Assembly: GCA_965153355.1 (NCBI GenBank)
Contig: OZ231126.1
Coordinates: forward strand, 6,448,001-6,512,000
Origin: Flaccisagitta enflata
Lineage: Eukaryota
Length of the DNA: 64,000 nt
Reading direction: 5' to 3'
Shown here: positions 35,066 to 51,205 of the stretch, piece by piece
Layout of the letters: each line of letters begins with the position of its first letter
Numbering within the stretch: position 1 is the stretch's first letter
Position numbers and translations under genes: made by a program
The notes under the pieces: generated by a model
Database searches by the model: none
What the model was told of the DNA's origin: nothing
Seen by the model: the letters and a program-made list of their open reading frames with translations, nothing else

Positions 35066-37951
35066 AAAATGTTAATGAAAATAACAAAAATAACAAAAAT
35101 AAAAAATCAAAAAATCATTTTCTTCTGTACTTCAAAAATAACAAAAATTAAATAAAAAAACTTTAAATGACTTTAAATGACCTTAAACAACTTTTCATAA
35201 CATAAGTGACAAAATTGACTTTTATGAAATGTTTTTTTTCCAAATCCCTTACTTTAATGCTTTGACATACCCTTATTTCCATCAATGTTATTTTAAAAAA
35301 ATCATCCATATCCTATTGAAAATCATAATTTATATTTATTATGATCAAAGTGAATAGCAGTTAACATACAATGGCGAATGCCACTGGTTTACCCAAACTC
35401 GCGATGCTAGAATTGATGATGATCCCTGTTTTGACTCAACGCGATCGTCGCTCGCCATCAGCAAAAACAGATCGCTGAGTTGCAATGAGATTCCTATGTG
35501 GATTTACGTAAAGGCTGGCCATAACTGGACCATAAAACTATATATCTTAGATGTGTTTAGAAAATAATCTCCGTTCAAGCAGGCAGTGCACTGGGCACAA
35601 AGAAGTGAAATGTCTTGTCTTAAACGCCATACATATTTTTGATCTCCATAGAATGTACACGTAACTCAGGAATATTTTTGAAGAGAGGTACATGCTCTTC
35701 TCGCAATGACGTGGACGGTGAATGAACAGAATGACATAACATGAAAAACCCCTACTTGATCAAATTCAGGGGTTCACACGCTTTCAAACAAAGGTCGATT
35801 CACCTTAAGGTCATTGACCTGGTACCTGATCCGATTCACAATCGAGGCTGATCCTCAATCCTGCTTCTCAATCCTGCTCCTCAATCCTGCTTCTCAATCC
35901 TGATTCTCAATCTTGATTCTATGACACAAGATTCCTTTGTCGGAGATTCCGAGTCGAGGATCGCGATCTCGAGCTCGAGATAAGTTTAGATCGAAACTAA
36001 TCATCATCTTCATCATCCAGAACTGTTAAAAAACATTTATACTTTTTTTACTCAAACAGGAGTGAGTATTAAGACGAAAATAAACAGTAGTGAGCGTTGT
36101 AACGTTGTTAGGTGGCTCACACCTAGAGAAAATCGTTGGGCTCGGCGACGAGGTAAGTGAAAGAAATGCTGAAACCGGAAGTGGTTGTAGTTGAAGCGTC
36201 GAGGGCATGGGTGATGAGAGTCAAGTCCTAGGATAGTCCACAACTCGAAGTCTCTAGCTTTAGTCGTTTGGTAGTAATAGAAGAGAGAATGCTGCGGATG
36301 CAGGATCAAACGGAGGCGTCGACTAGGCACAGGAAGGCGTGTCGAAGGCCGGGAGATGAGTTTCGAGGGTGGAGTTAAAGGACCGAAACTCACTCTAGGG
36401 TGCAGGTCTCCAACTGATGACCAGAAACTGGATATAGTAAAATATTCTAAAATTTGAAGATTTTTTTCTAAATATGGGAAAGTAAATTTTACCCTTCATG
36501 GTGACCTATCATCCCATGATATATCTTCTTTGAAGATGAATTCCCTTTCCTCCAATCACTAAGGTTTCCCATTAACAAACTGTAACTTTTGTAAGATATT
36601 TTGTGTATACTAAATGGTATAGGCCTGTCCAACCCTATACTAATGAGGAATGCAGTCAAGCTGATTGTTTTGTCAGGTAAGCTTTTTGTTTGTCAGTAGT
36701 AAAGGATAGTTATGAGCAATCCGGAGTAAACACCATTGAAAGCTTGCGAGGCTTTCATCCTTTGTTAATTGGAGAATTCTGGCCTCCTTTTATAAGGGCA
36801 ATGTTGTTTCAACTTTCATAAGTATCAGTACCTTGGTAGAGAATGCCGGCGGTCCCAGTTGGTTGTACCTCGATTCTTGCCTCTAAGGGTATGGTTTTCT
36901 AAGCAATGTTGCTAGTGTCAGTACTTCCATCAGTACATTAGTAATCTTTGATTGTAACTTTTGTAAGATATTTTGTGTCTACTAAATGGTATAGGCCTGT
37001 CCAACCCTATACTAATGAGGTATGCAGTCAAGCTGATTGTTGAGTTGAAAATTTCTAAAATCACTGGAAATGATTCCCAGGTGCGCCATAGCACCTCTAT
37101 AAGAGGCTCTGTCTGTCTCTCCATCCGTCGGTCACGCTTAAATGAAAAAGCGTTGAAAATGTTTGAAATCAATTGAAAACTCATATTGTTCATCATTAAT
37201 GATACTCGTCATTTCATTCACAAAAATAATCAGCTACGGTTGGATCTGATTGAGCTGGGGATAGGTCGGATAGGTCTGGTGATAGGTCGGATAGGTGTGG
37301 TGATAGGTCTGATAGAGCTCGGGATAGGTCTGATAGAGATCGGAATAGGTCTGAGAGAGCTCGGGATAGGTCTGATAGAGCTAGGGATAGGTCTGATAGA
37401 GCTAGGGAGAGGTCTAAGACAATGCCCGGCGCACTGTCTTGGCCCGTGTATCCGGCCTTGTTTTTAAAAGATAGCTTTGATTGAAGAATTCCTTTTTGAT
37501 TAACCTCCTTTCATTGGCCAGTTTGTTTGTTTGTTTTTTTTTTTTTTTTTTTTTTTGCTTTTTGCTTTGTTTGGATCTTATCGATGATGGTAATGGAAAA
37601 AGTGCGAGTCTTTGATCCGAGTGCACAGATACAGTCAAATCATTGTTTGGTACTACGCGAATTTAAAAAAAAACCGCACTTTTGAAAGGTTGATAAAGCC
37701 ATTGAACCTTATAAAAACAGATTTAATTTCCACGTCGTTAGAAAGCCCATGGAAAATACTTTCATTTGGCGCCAATCTGGTATTTCTATCTTTTTTCCTT
37801 TGGAAATGGCATTAGTTTGAGTAAAAACTTTGCTGATTTCGATTTTGCAGTTGCATAGAAAACAAGGCCGGATACATGGCCATCAGTTGCGGACAGGTGG
37901 GCAGGGGCGGAAATGCGCGTTTTCACACTTTTTAACTCGATCATCACGGAA

Positions 37952-38510
37952 AAGAATAAAAGAATGAAAGAATGGAAGAAAGGAAGAATGGAAGAATGGA
38001 AGAATGGAAGAATGGAAGAAAGGAAGAATGGAAGAAAGGAAGAATGGAAGAATGGAAGAATGGAAGAATGGAAGAATGGAAGAATGGAAGAATGGAAGAA
38101 AGGAAGAAAGGAAGAAAGGAAGAATGAAAGAATGGAAGAATGGAAGAATGGAAGAATGGTAGAAAGGAAGAATGGAAGAATGGAAGAATGGAAGAATGGA
38201 AGAATGGAAGAATGAAAGAATAAAAGAATAAAAGAATAAAAGAGTAAAAGAATAAAAGAATAAAAGAATGAAAGAATGAAAGAATGGAAGAATGGAAGAA
38301 TGGAAGAATGGAAGGATGGAAGAATGGAAGGAAGGAAGAATGGAAGAAAGGAAGAATGGAAGAATGGAAGAATGGAATAATGGAAGACTGGAAGAATGGA
38401 AGAATGGAAGAATGGAAGACTGGAAGAATGGAAGAATGGAAGAATGGAAGAATGGAAGAATGGAAGAATGGAAGAATGGAAGAATGGAAGAATGGAAGAA
38501 AGGAAGAAAT
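37952..38510. repeat. (GGAAGAAT)n 8-bp repeat
   Basis: Direct inspection. Confidence 0.9.
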
Positions 38511-39294
38511 GAACTCGAAATTAAAGATATACATTCAAATAACGTTTTAACGAAAGCGCTTGTAACAGAATAAAAAATGAAAATCAAGTCCCTTCAAAGA
38601 TTTTTTTTCTTTTTTTATGTTGGCTATGGAGGGACGAAAGCGCTTGTAACAGAATAAAAAATGAAAATCAAGTCCCTTCAAAGATTTTTTTTCTTTTTTT
38701 ATGTTGGCTATGGAAGGACGATATGGATTTAAACAAAGCCAAGATGAAGTTAAAACTATCCTCGGCGATCAATCGATAATAGAGAATCCCTGGCATGAAC
38801 TGAGTTGGTTCATGGTCAATCAGATCTGCAATTGATCCAATGTCACAGCTGATTTCGCGATCATCGTTCATCATAGATGATCGATGAAGCGAAGGCGATT
38901 GTCATGAACTCATGGGCTTTATGAGTACACTGCCTTCGAACACCTCCAAATGTGTTTAGCGCCCCATGAATACACCGTTTCGCGTAACAGCGAGTGGTTG
39001 GATACTTTTCGAGTGGTCGTCGTCGACTTTCGCGTGCTCAAACAATCACGAGCGAGTCATTGGAGGAGAAGCTCCATAAGTGCTCTCCTCCTCTCACTTG
39101 GTCAACGTCTCCGCTAATCATTTTCCTGTAAATTCAACTGCAATATTCTGAAAAAGACATCGAATGAGAATTATGAAAAGCTAGGTCTTGCGAGTATGTA
39201 ATTGGAAAGATTACGGCACGGAAATCCCTCTTCCTCGTCGTACTTCAAATACGAGGGCAAAGGAACTGCGCTAATTACTTTTCTGATTCGAAGG

Positions 39295-39363
<69 letters not shown>

Positions 39364-41167
39364 AAAAAAGAAAAAAAAAAAGAAACACTTGCAATGTAAT
39401 ACAATTAAGGTGACTCTCGCAGTAGAAAAAAAAGTCGTAAACACTAGGAAAAAGAAAAAAAAAGAAAGAGAAAGAAGGGCAGGTATGTTGCTTTCATGAG
39501 CTCATTTGCGCACTCAATTTGTTGCCAATATGCACAGTTCAGGGGTGTAAATAGTTCTATGACCTTCAATTAATTTCTCCCCCCCGCACCTTTGCTTTTC
39601 TTGCCCAGAATGTGTTTCATTGTGTTAAAAAATTTATGATTTTCTTCCTCATGTAGCAATTAAAGTGTTTTTAAGGTTTAAATAGTGTTTGTGTTTTACT
39701 AATCAGTTTTTATGATATGGTACTGCAAAATGTTTAATTTTCCCGAATTTTTTTCCCTCTTTTTCCCCCTTAGATTTTCTTCCTTATCTCCTAACTTTTT
39801 GATTAATTTCCCTTCCCCCAACAGGGGGGAGGGGGAATGTGGAACTATAAACATGCATGGCGCAGTCTATCCAGGATATTCTAGAATTCAAATGAAATTT
39901 ATCAAACTCAGTATTTCATTTTATAAGAAAAATGCAAAAAAAGAAAAACAAGGCCGGATACACGGCCACCAGTTGCGGACGGGTGGGCAGGAGCGGAAAT
40001 GTGCGTTTTCACACTTTTCGACTCGTGCTCACCAACGGACCAACCAACGGACGGACGGACGGACGGACGGACGGACAAAGCCTCTTATAGAGTTGCGTGT
40101 CCGCAACTAAAAAGATTCACAAAATCATAACTAAAAAATTAATGATGATACAAACTTCTTGAAAGTGCCATTTGAAATAAGAAAAAAATCAGCTCTATTT
40201 TAGCTGTAAATTAAATGCGCAATCTCATTTCATCCTAATCATATATCAACTTTATAAATAACCAAAAGATACATCGGAAAACAATTTTCCTCTGCAGGTC
40301 TGAAAAAGTCGAAGAATCTTCAAAACTTCAACTTTTTCCATGCAATTACAGCGGAAGAAAAAGAACGCTCACGAAACCATGGATGGAATGGGGATTTCGT
40401 GACAAGATGTTACTTTATTATCAACCCTTAGTAAAGGGGCAATGGAAATGACTGTTGATGTTTTTCTCACCTTCGTTTTTGGATAGCGGCCCCGAAGGAG
40501 TCGATGACCTATGCTTTCACGTATTAAGGATAGTTGTGAAGGGTCCGGATTTAACACCATTGACAGCTCCAAAGGCTCTCATCCTTAAGCTAGTTTGGGT
40601 TTGAGTAGTTACGTTGTCCACCTTTTATATATCTAAGTACCTTGGTATGGAATGCCGGCGCACCTAGGTCGAGCAATATACAGTCCGAAGATATAATGAA
40701 AAATGAATAAGTTAAAGAATATCGGTCTTTTTTGTCATAACTTCAAAGTCCATGTGTTGGAGGACGAATTTGTACAATTTATATCTTATACAGTCCCATA
40801 GGGCATTCCTAGTGTGGCCCCATAGTGGCACAGTCAGCATTTTGTTTGATTCCAATAAGAACAAACTCTAACTTTGACGAGTTGTTATTCAGTGAAAAAT
40901 GCCAACAGACAAATATCCTTTGGAACACAGGTAGTACATGGTCTTAACTGCTTGTAACCCAAAAATCAGATCCTTTTTACAAAATTTGACCGAGATATGG
41001 ACATTTAATGACAGTACCTAATTATACAAATTAGGAATTGGAAAAACTACTATTTCTTTTTTTTTTGCACGGATTTGCACGGTCTGAACTTGGTACAAGA
41101 TGTTAGGTCTCAAAGTGCTTTATTTGAGTATATAAGTTGTTTGGTCGCCGTCGGTCGCCGGAGATCG

Positions 41168-41933
41168 CTTTTTGGGCAGCGGCCCCGAAGGGGACGATGT
41201 CCTGTAGAACACAGGGGGACTTTCGTTCGTCCGTCCGTCCGTCCGTTCGTGCGTCCCCCCCCCGCCTTGAGGCTCAAATCCCAGCCTCGAGGCTCAAATC
41301 CCAGCCTTGAGGCTCAAATCCCAGCCTTGAGGCTCAAATCCTAGCCTCAAGGCTCAAATCCCAGCCTCCAAGCTCAAATCCCAGCCTCGAGGCTCAAATC
41401 CCAGCCTCAAGGCTCAAATCCCAGCCTCAAGGCTCAAATCCCAGCCTCGAGGCTCAAATCCCAGCCTCGAGGCTCAAATCCCAGCCTCGAGGCTCAAATC
41501 CCAGCCTCGAGGCTCAAATCCCAGCCTCGAGGCTCAAATCCCAGCCTCGAGGCTCAAATCCCAGCCTCGAGGCTCAAATCCCAGCCTCGAGGCTCAAATC
41601 CCAGCCTCCAGGCTCAAATCTCAGCCTCCAGGCTCAAATCCCAGCCTCCAGGCTCAATAATCAGCCTCCAGGCTCAATAATCAGCCTCCAGGCTCAAATA
41701 TCAGCCTCCAGGATCAAATCCCAACCTCGAGGCTCAAATCCCAGCCTCGAGGCTCAAATCCCAGCCTTGAAGCCCGCACGGACTGACGGACGGACGAACA
41801 AAAGTCCCCCTGTGTTCTACAGGACATCGTCCCCTTCGGGGCCGCTGCCCTGCTACCCATCACCTACAATCACCAACATTCGAAGCAGGGCAAAGGGTAT
41901 CGCTGACCACATATTGCCCTTGGGCGACTGGTT
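41168..41933 (+). mobile_element. HINE-like element with a 20-bp minisatellite (gaggctcaaatcccagcctc)n
   Basis: Same termini as the 23400-24143 family; the array spans about 41268-41770. Confidence 0.7.
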
Positions 41934-42240
41934 AAGGGGTGAATTTAAGGGGTTAAAATCCCAAAATTTCAAATCACCATAACTCCCTCAAAAATCTATT
42001 TCAAGAACTGAAATTTTGCACGTATACTAGTGACTGCTAAGACTACTTCCACACCAAAAATCAATGGATTATACTCAGAACTTAAAGAGATATACCATTT
42101 TTTGCATTTTTAATATTTTGGGTGCCATACCCTCAAAAATGGTCGGAAAATCCCCAACAAAAAAAGTAATTAGTATAAATGTGTCTCACTAAGGTACATC
42201 TAAGAGAAAATTTTTCTGCCATAAGTCCTGCAGCCAAAAT

Positions 42241-43310
<1,070 letters not shown>

Positions 43311-44054
43311 ATCAAATATATTGCACTTTGAATTAGCCTATACGCTTTGAATCTGAAAGTATCAAACGCGAAAACCTTATTTATTGGTATTACTGGATGC
43401 ATTGGTGTTAATTCGTATTTGTGCTCAAGCCAGGACTCAGTATGTTAGTCAGATATCAGGCTATAAGCAGACAATGAAACTAACCCCCCCCCCCCATTTT
43501 TAGTCGCGTGCACGCGACTCTATGACCCGCTCTATCCGTCTGTCGGTCGGTCGGTCGGTCGGTCGGTCGGTCGGTCAGTCACGCTTAGCTTTTTTTCGTT
43601 GTTTTACGTCAGTTTAAGTCATTTTAAGTATTCTTTTGGTCTTTTGGTCTCATGGTCTTAACAACCGCATGCGACTGTAAGGTGTTGGCCTCGTTTCAGC
43701 CATTTTTCAATCATCACACTGTGGGCTAATCTAGAAATAAAATCAGGCAAAAAATAAATAGTATATTTTTGAAGTATTTCTAATATTGGTATTTGAATTC
43801 ATTATTACAATTTATTCAGTTCATAGAATTTAATTCAATGATATAGTTTGTTTCTTTTTAATGATAATTGGTTTAAAATTTTAAAAAACTTAAAAACTAT
43901 TATAATCGCATTTATGATTAATGAAAAAGAATTGTTGTTCAAAAGAATATTTTGAAATAACTTTATATGATACATTAAAACTAATTCAGACTTATTAAAT
44001 GAGTTTTGATAAAAAAATATATAAAAAAAAATCGATTTCTTTGAAATATTACTG

Positions 44055-44660
44055 TAATAAAAAATCCCAGGATTATGTAAAAATTGTGAGATTTTACCAT
44101 CCTTTCCATGATCGACCAATTTTGACCCCAGGAAGCCGAATCTGCAGTAAAAAATGGTCTCAGGTCAATATTTTGATGGGCTACAGCTACGTTTCTTAGG
44201 TCAAAACAATATATATGGTCAAATTTTCCAAAATTGGAAATTTGTCAATTTAATTACATATTCATAATCCTGGCAAAAAGCTGTGTTAAGAAAGTGTCTT
44301 TGTTTTTTTTTTTTAATTTTGATTAGAACATGGTCAAAATTGACTTTATCTATTTGAATAAGATCCAATTTTGACAAAACAATTTTACTCTATTTTGGAC
44401 GTTTGGGGCTAATTTTGACTTAAAAGTTCAAAAAAAGATAGACAATTTCTTTTGACAGTTTTTTCCAAGAATTTTGAATCTGCAATTTTGAAAATTTGAC
44501 TTTATATAGTATTTTGACCCATAAATTGTAGCCGTAGCCTATCAAAATATTAACCGGATACAATTTTTGACTGCAGATTTAGATTCCTCGTGTCAAAATT
44601 GGTCTATGATACAATAGATGGTAAAATCTCACAGCTTTTAGATAATCATGGGATTTCTTT
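44055..44660. mobile_element. Degenerate foldback core
   Basis: 44060-44250 is an imperfect inverted repeat of 44490-44660; termini not resolved. Confidence 0.55.
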
Positions 44661-46414
44661 TAATTCTTTACGCTGTTTTATCAAAGTGAAATTAAAAAAA
44701 ATTTTCATATTACAATGATAAAATCAAAAATATACAGTTGAACAATCATTTTGACTATTATGAAGCAAGATTCATTCATTTTTAGGTTTTGACTGAGAAT
44801 CATGCAGTTTCAGACCATAGTGCGGCGGTCCCGTAAAGGGTTGATCCTCGATTCTTACCTCTAAGGGTATGTTTTTCTGACAATGCTACCTTTGGCAATG
44901 AAATTATCTTTTGGTAAATATTAGTCCTTTATCTCAGTATAACTGCTACTTATTTTAGAGTTTGGGGTTGACATGGAGTAATTTGATGGGATTTTTTATT
45001 TGGTGGGAAGATTACTGATAGGAAATTGTGGGTGTCTTGAGCTTTTTACAACGGGAAGATCTGGAAAGTTCTGTGGTATGGTCTAAGATATGATTTTGAA
45101 ATTATTATGGATAGTTGTGATGGGTCCGGATTAAACACCGTTGAGAGGTCCAAAGCTAGTTTGGGTTTGAGTAGTTACGTTGTCCAACTTTCATATGGGA
45201 AATTTTCTCCTTCGCCTCCTCCTCCTCCGCCTCCTCCTCCTCCTCCTCCTTTGTCCCCCCCCGACTCAAAACCCTTCCTCAAGGCCCAAATCCCAGCCTT
45301 GAGGCCCAAATCCCACCCTTGACACCCAAATCCCAGCCTTGATGCCCAAATTTCACCCTCGAGGCCCAAGTCCTAGCCTTGAGGCCAAATTCCACCATCA
45401 AGTCCCAAATCCCAGCCTTGAGGCCCAAAATCCCACCCTCGAGGCTCAAATTTCATCCTTGAGGCTTAAATCCAAGCCTCAAAGCCCTAATCCCAGTCTT
45501 AAGGCCCAACTCTTAACCTCAACCCAATGGTCCAAATCCCATCCTCGAGATGAAGAAGGAGGAGAAGGAGAAAATTCTTCATATGTGTGAATAGGTCATC
45601 GGCCCCTTTGGGGGCGCTGCCCTGCTACCCCTCAACCTCAAGCACAACCTACCTAGGCAGGGCACAGGTACCGCTGACCATCTAACGCTTTTGCGACTGT
45701 TTCATATGTGACCCTAAATACAACCATTCCCGCCTTCTCCTTTCCTCCTCCTCCTCCTCTTCCCACTCCTTCTCCTATTGCTTTTGAAGAGAAACCACCC
45801 ATGGCGCAGCTCCTCCTCCTCCTCTTCCCTCTGTCCCTCTGTCCCTCTGCCTCATCATCTAATCATACTTTCATCCGTCCTTCTTCTATATGATCATTCT
45901 TCGTCTCTTACTCTTCCTCCTCACTCCTCCCTCTCCTCTTCCCCATCTTCCTCTTTGCTTCCCCGGGTTGTCCCCGGTGAAAAAGTGAAATCTGATTTTT
46001 GGTGACATAACTCGCAAAAACTTTGATTTTTCATGACAAGATAAAAGAAAAGTATTTGTTTTACGAATTATCCTTTTTTCTTTTGTTTTTAGTCGCGTTC
46101 ATGCGACTCTACAACCCGCTATGTCGATCGGATGGTCTGTCGATCAGTCGGTTGGTAACACTTAGTTTTTTTGGTGTTTACAATTGGCAGTGTTTCACAT
46201 TCAAGCAATGAGGAAAACATAGCAAAGTTCATGATCATTTGAAAGCTATTTAAAAGACCTCCCAAATGGGACCTTATTGGTTGCCGTACCTTTATTCCTG
46301 ATCGCTTAGAAATGGTATAAGGATAACTGTGAGGACAAGATTTACAAGATTTTCATTTTAAATTTTAATCGCAGCACAAAATCAAAACGCATCGAGTTAC
46401 AAATTTGTTCTTGG

Positions 46415-47455
46415 CGGTCAGGGTCCCCCATTGAAAATATCTCAATTCTAAGGGTTTTGAAAGAAAAAAATGTACCGATTCCAATTTTTTAAAAAAGAGA
46501 TCTTAAAAAGGGTGTAGAATCAGAATATGATATTCATTTTGGTCTGTCTTGGGCAATAAAAGTTAGAACCGGTTTTTAGTGCTAAAAACAGCTTTTTTGC
46601 TATAAAATCAATACCTGTGTATAAAATTTTGAATTTTTCTTTATAAGGAACACAAAGTTCTTTTAATAATTGATATTTGAGTGAGTTTGTAACATTGTAC
46701 TAAAGCCCTAAGGGACCTAAAAATGGTTTTAAAAAGCTCAAAAATGAGGAAATCATTCAAATTTCTTGAAATTCTAAAAACAAGCATTAGAAACAGTCTA
46801 TCTGGGTAAAAAAACATGTCAAGCATGAATTTCATCCATCTGCTAAAAGAGTGAAAAATGCAAAACCTCAATATGCAAATGAGATTAAAGTTTGATTTTG
46901 TCATGTCATTTTTTGTGATAGCTAGAGTAGCTACTAAGAAAAGTGAGATTTTTTCATTGTATACGCCATTTTTTGAAAAAGTTGAACTTTAATCTCATTT
47001 GCATATTGCGGTTTTGCGTTTTTCGCTCATAACGCATCTTTTTTTGTAGGAGATGGATAAGATTCATACCTGGCAAATTTTTACCCAAATACACTGTTTT
47101 CAATGTTAGTTTAAAAAAGATCTTAGATATTTGACTGATTTCCTTATTTTTGGGCTTTCTAAAGCCATTTTTAGGCCCCTTAGACCAATAGTCCAATATT
47201 ACAATTTCAATCAAATATCAATCACTACAAGAAATTAGTGTTTATAAAAAAGAAATATTGAAATATTATATACATACATATTATAAGCACTGACATCATA
47301 GTAAAAATAGTTGTTTTTAACACTAAAAACCTTTCTAATTTTTTTAGCCCAAGTTAAACCAAAACAAACATGATATATATTCTGATTCTACACACAAAGA
47401 AATTGGAATCGGTACATTTTATTAAAAGAGATTTTGAACAGGGGACCATGACCGT
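46415..47455. mobile_element. Degenerate foldback element
   Basis: Inverted arms such as tgtaccgattccaattt / aaattggaatcggtaca and gtgtagaatcagaat / attctgattctacac, centred near 46925. Confidence 0.6.
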
Positions 47456-50400
47456 TGGGGGCCATTTTCAAGAAAATTCAAAGCTTTTCAATTTGCCCAT
47501 AGATATCAAGTAGTTTTGAAAATATGAGTTGAATTGCTTAGAAAAACAGTATCAATTATTCACTATCCAGAAACAAGTAACAAGCCCGACCGGGCAACGA
47601 TGTGTCGCGACTGTGTTTTTGCGTTGATTGCCTTTGGCGCTAGACATTTCAGATACATGGAAGGACAGATAGATAGACGGAGAGACAGATAATACGACTT
47701 CAAGGCATCCCAAACAGTGTTTGGTTTGGATGGATGGACGGACGGATGGACGGACGGACCGACGGACAGACCCTCTTAAAGAGATGCGTTTTTGACTGAC
47801 GCATTTAAAATTAGGTTTTCCATTAACTAATTTGACATTAAAAACATTTCTAAGAAAGAGTATCACTCGCTCTGCCCATTAGTCCGTCGGTCGGTTCGTC
47901 ACGCTCGAGTTAAAACTGTTTTGTTCTGTGTGTCCGGCCTTGTTTTTTGATGGTAGGACACAAAGTTTGTTGGGATACAGTCACAGATGGGGGGTACGTA
48001 GCAGTCACAAGAAATTTTGCTCAATCAATTGAATTATGCTCCTCTTGTCATCATCACCGTTATCAACCGCGCTAATTTTCCCTCTTCGACGCCATCGTCC
48101 TTATCTTCGTCATCGCCATCGTCTTATTCGTCGTCATCGTCATCGTCGTCAACGTCGTCGTGTTACGTCCCACCTCCCCGACTTCTGTTGTCTAGTTTCC
48201 AGCTCGTAACTTTTTCTTCAATTTATTTGCAACTCTTAAATCTTCTACCGGAAACGAAACGAAACTTGTTTGGTGCATGGTGCGCCAAAGAGCGACTATA
48301 AGAGGCTGTGTCCCTTCGTCGGTAGGTCGGTCGGTTGGTTGGTTGGTTGATGGGTTTGTGGGAACAAAGCATTCGTTCGACGATCCACACGGCGCGCGTG
48401 TTGACCTACTTGACCTTGTTTTTGTCGCGTGCAAGTTACTCTACATTAAGACAAAAAGTCTTTTCATTTTTTCGGCGCGTGCACGCAATTCTATGAACCA
48501 CTACGTCTGTTAGTCTGTTAGTCTGTCTGTCTGTCACTTGGTCCATCATGATGATCATCAGTCCATCCCTCTGACTTTACTTATTCGGCGTTCGACGGTC
48601 GGACTTCATGTCACTGATCCTGCCCCTGCCCTAATGTTTGATTAATTTAGCTAATCATCACCTCCTCTCCTAGGATACAGCCATGAATGCGGCCTTGTTG
48701 GTCCTTTGTATCACTGTCCTGTTGTTATTGTATTATTTTATCATTGTACTACAGGGAATACCCCGCCAAAAGAAACAAAAGAAAACGACATAATTCTATG
48801 TTGGAAAAAGATATTTCAAATCTGAAAAAAATGTTAGAAAGCACTGTAAAAACGATTTTATCCTGTTCTGATACATTCCAACCTCCTAACGGTTTTGCCC
48901 CTCCATAGAATGTGTTTTAAAAACATTCATTTTGAAAAAAATAATTTTATCAAATTTCTCTCATTTAAAGCAGCTGAACCTTTCATCTTTAATTCAATAT
49001 CATTTCCAAACAAATTGAGCTAAATACATGATATTGGGCTCATATTAAAGATAACTCAGATAATTTTATAAAATTGTTGGAACAGATACAGTGGGAACGT
49101 TTCAAATCAAGAAAACTGTTTTTTTTTTCACCACTTCCAATAAGTTGCTCAAAAAAGATGGATCCTCTAAGTTGTCTTCATTTGTCCAAATGTTTAATTT
49201 TTAAAACAAAGTGAGCATATCTAAAATTTTAATTGAATTTGTATCAAGTTTGGTAAAATCCTACAATTTTTTGTTCAATATCTTAATGGGAACCACTAAT
49301 TTTATGTTCAAAACCATTAGAAAAAAAGCTGTAGTTTTTCAAAACGATGTGAGCACTAAGTAGTTCTTCCTCATAGACTCTGAACTGAACAGTAAAAAAT
49401 CGTTTTTTAAGAGATCTCTGGATCTTTTTACAAAATTGATCTACTATCTCTAAAAGCAAAGTTATGTCGTTTTCTTTTGTTTCATTTGGCGCGGTATTCC
49501 CTGTATTGTCCCGTTGTTATCGTACTATTATTGTATCATTGTACAATTGTCGTTATTCGGATTTATCGAGTGGAGACTCGTGGACGAATGTCACGGAAGC
49601 TCACTGGGCGGTCGCTCAGCGGGCGAGCTCCGATAAAGGACGATGTTTATACTAAACCCAGTTTTACCAAAATGAAAAAAAAACCCAAAAAGATCGTGAA
49701 ACTGGATGTCATGATTATGACGATGATGAAAAAGACGAGTATGACGATAACGAAAATGAAACTGTAGATGATAATGATGACAATTTTGATGATAATAATG
49801 TTATTGATGATGATGACAATACTGAAACAAATAATGATGCAGATTTTTTTTTGCTCTTCAATATAATCGGGCCGAGAAAGTTAATTCAGCCTAGCATCAT
49901 TCAATTTTTTTCAATTTCATGACTTTCCCCCTCCCAAAAGAACAAGGCCTAGTAGGCCAATAAGGTGCGACGTGTGGATCGTCGAACGAATGCGTTACCC
50001 GACCAACCAACCAACCGACCAACGGACACAGCCAGTTAAAGAGGTGCTTTGTCGCACCTAAAAAGAAGAGCAGCTCAGTAGTCAGTCCGCGACTAAAAAT
50101 GGATTTGAGGGCAACAAAAATTAAAAGAAATATTTTTTCTTAGATCCTTTTTTTTGCAATCGCGATGAAGGAGAAGTGAGGTGAACTTTGGCACTTTTCA
50201 CGATCTAAACTGCCTCCTCTTTCTCTCTTAACAAGCCCGACCGGGCAAAGATGCGTCCGGACTGTGTTTCTGCGTGAATTGATCATGTGACATACATGGA
50301 GAGACAGATGGATGAACAGTCGGGTGAAACGACTGAGTAGTAGAGGAGGCTCTCAAAACATGTTGGTTGATCATTTGTTTCAGTGAAGAATCTCACCGTG

Positions 50401-50586
50401 GCCAAAAACAGCCGAGAAACGCGGTTTTTGCACAGGCGTAACGGACCGACGGACCGACGGACCGACGGACGGACGGACGGACACACCCTCTTATAGATAG
50501 CCCGATATATGAAATGCAAGTCAATGCCAATGGTGCAATTTTCCTTCGAATAGTCTTTTTTTCTATCTATCCGTCTGTCTATCGCT

Positions 50587-50748
<162 letters not shown>

Positions 50749-51205
50749 CTCATCATGGACACTTCACGCAAATTTATAACATGAGCTCGGTATCATCAGA
50801 TCACGTACTTAACGTCTCTGATCTAATTTCTTTCGAATCTACTTTCTTTTGTGCATGATGGAGGGACGAGACAGACCAACCAACTTGGAATTAAGTTTAT
50901 TCAACAAACACGTCCGATCCAAATGAGAAGCTGATAAGGCGCCACTTGACTTTTACTCCCGCCGAACGCCGGCCGGTGGCAACAGCGGCGGCAGAGGCAG
51001 TGGCAGCGGCAGCCTCCGAACTGGCAACCGCGTCGGCGCGGCGCCGGCGATGAAGCATGAACAGTTTCATGCTCTTACACCGTGAAGGAATCTTCCCGAG
51101 AGGGTGGATCGAGATAGATCATTGATTTGATCGAGTCACTTTGCAATTTTATTACTCATTGACGACGCGCTGTTAAAGGTTGGCTCGTTGGTCTTTGATG
51201 ACATA

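Noticed and set aside
36052-39290. Possible small exons (36052-36393, 38720-39125, VPLPSYLKYDEEEGFPC near 39250)
   Set aside because: No consistent splice and phase chain and no recognisable homology.
43717-44822. Possible Transib-like termini (cactgtgg / ccatagtg)
   Set aside because: The match is only 8 bp and the 5-bp flanks differ (catca versus cggcg).
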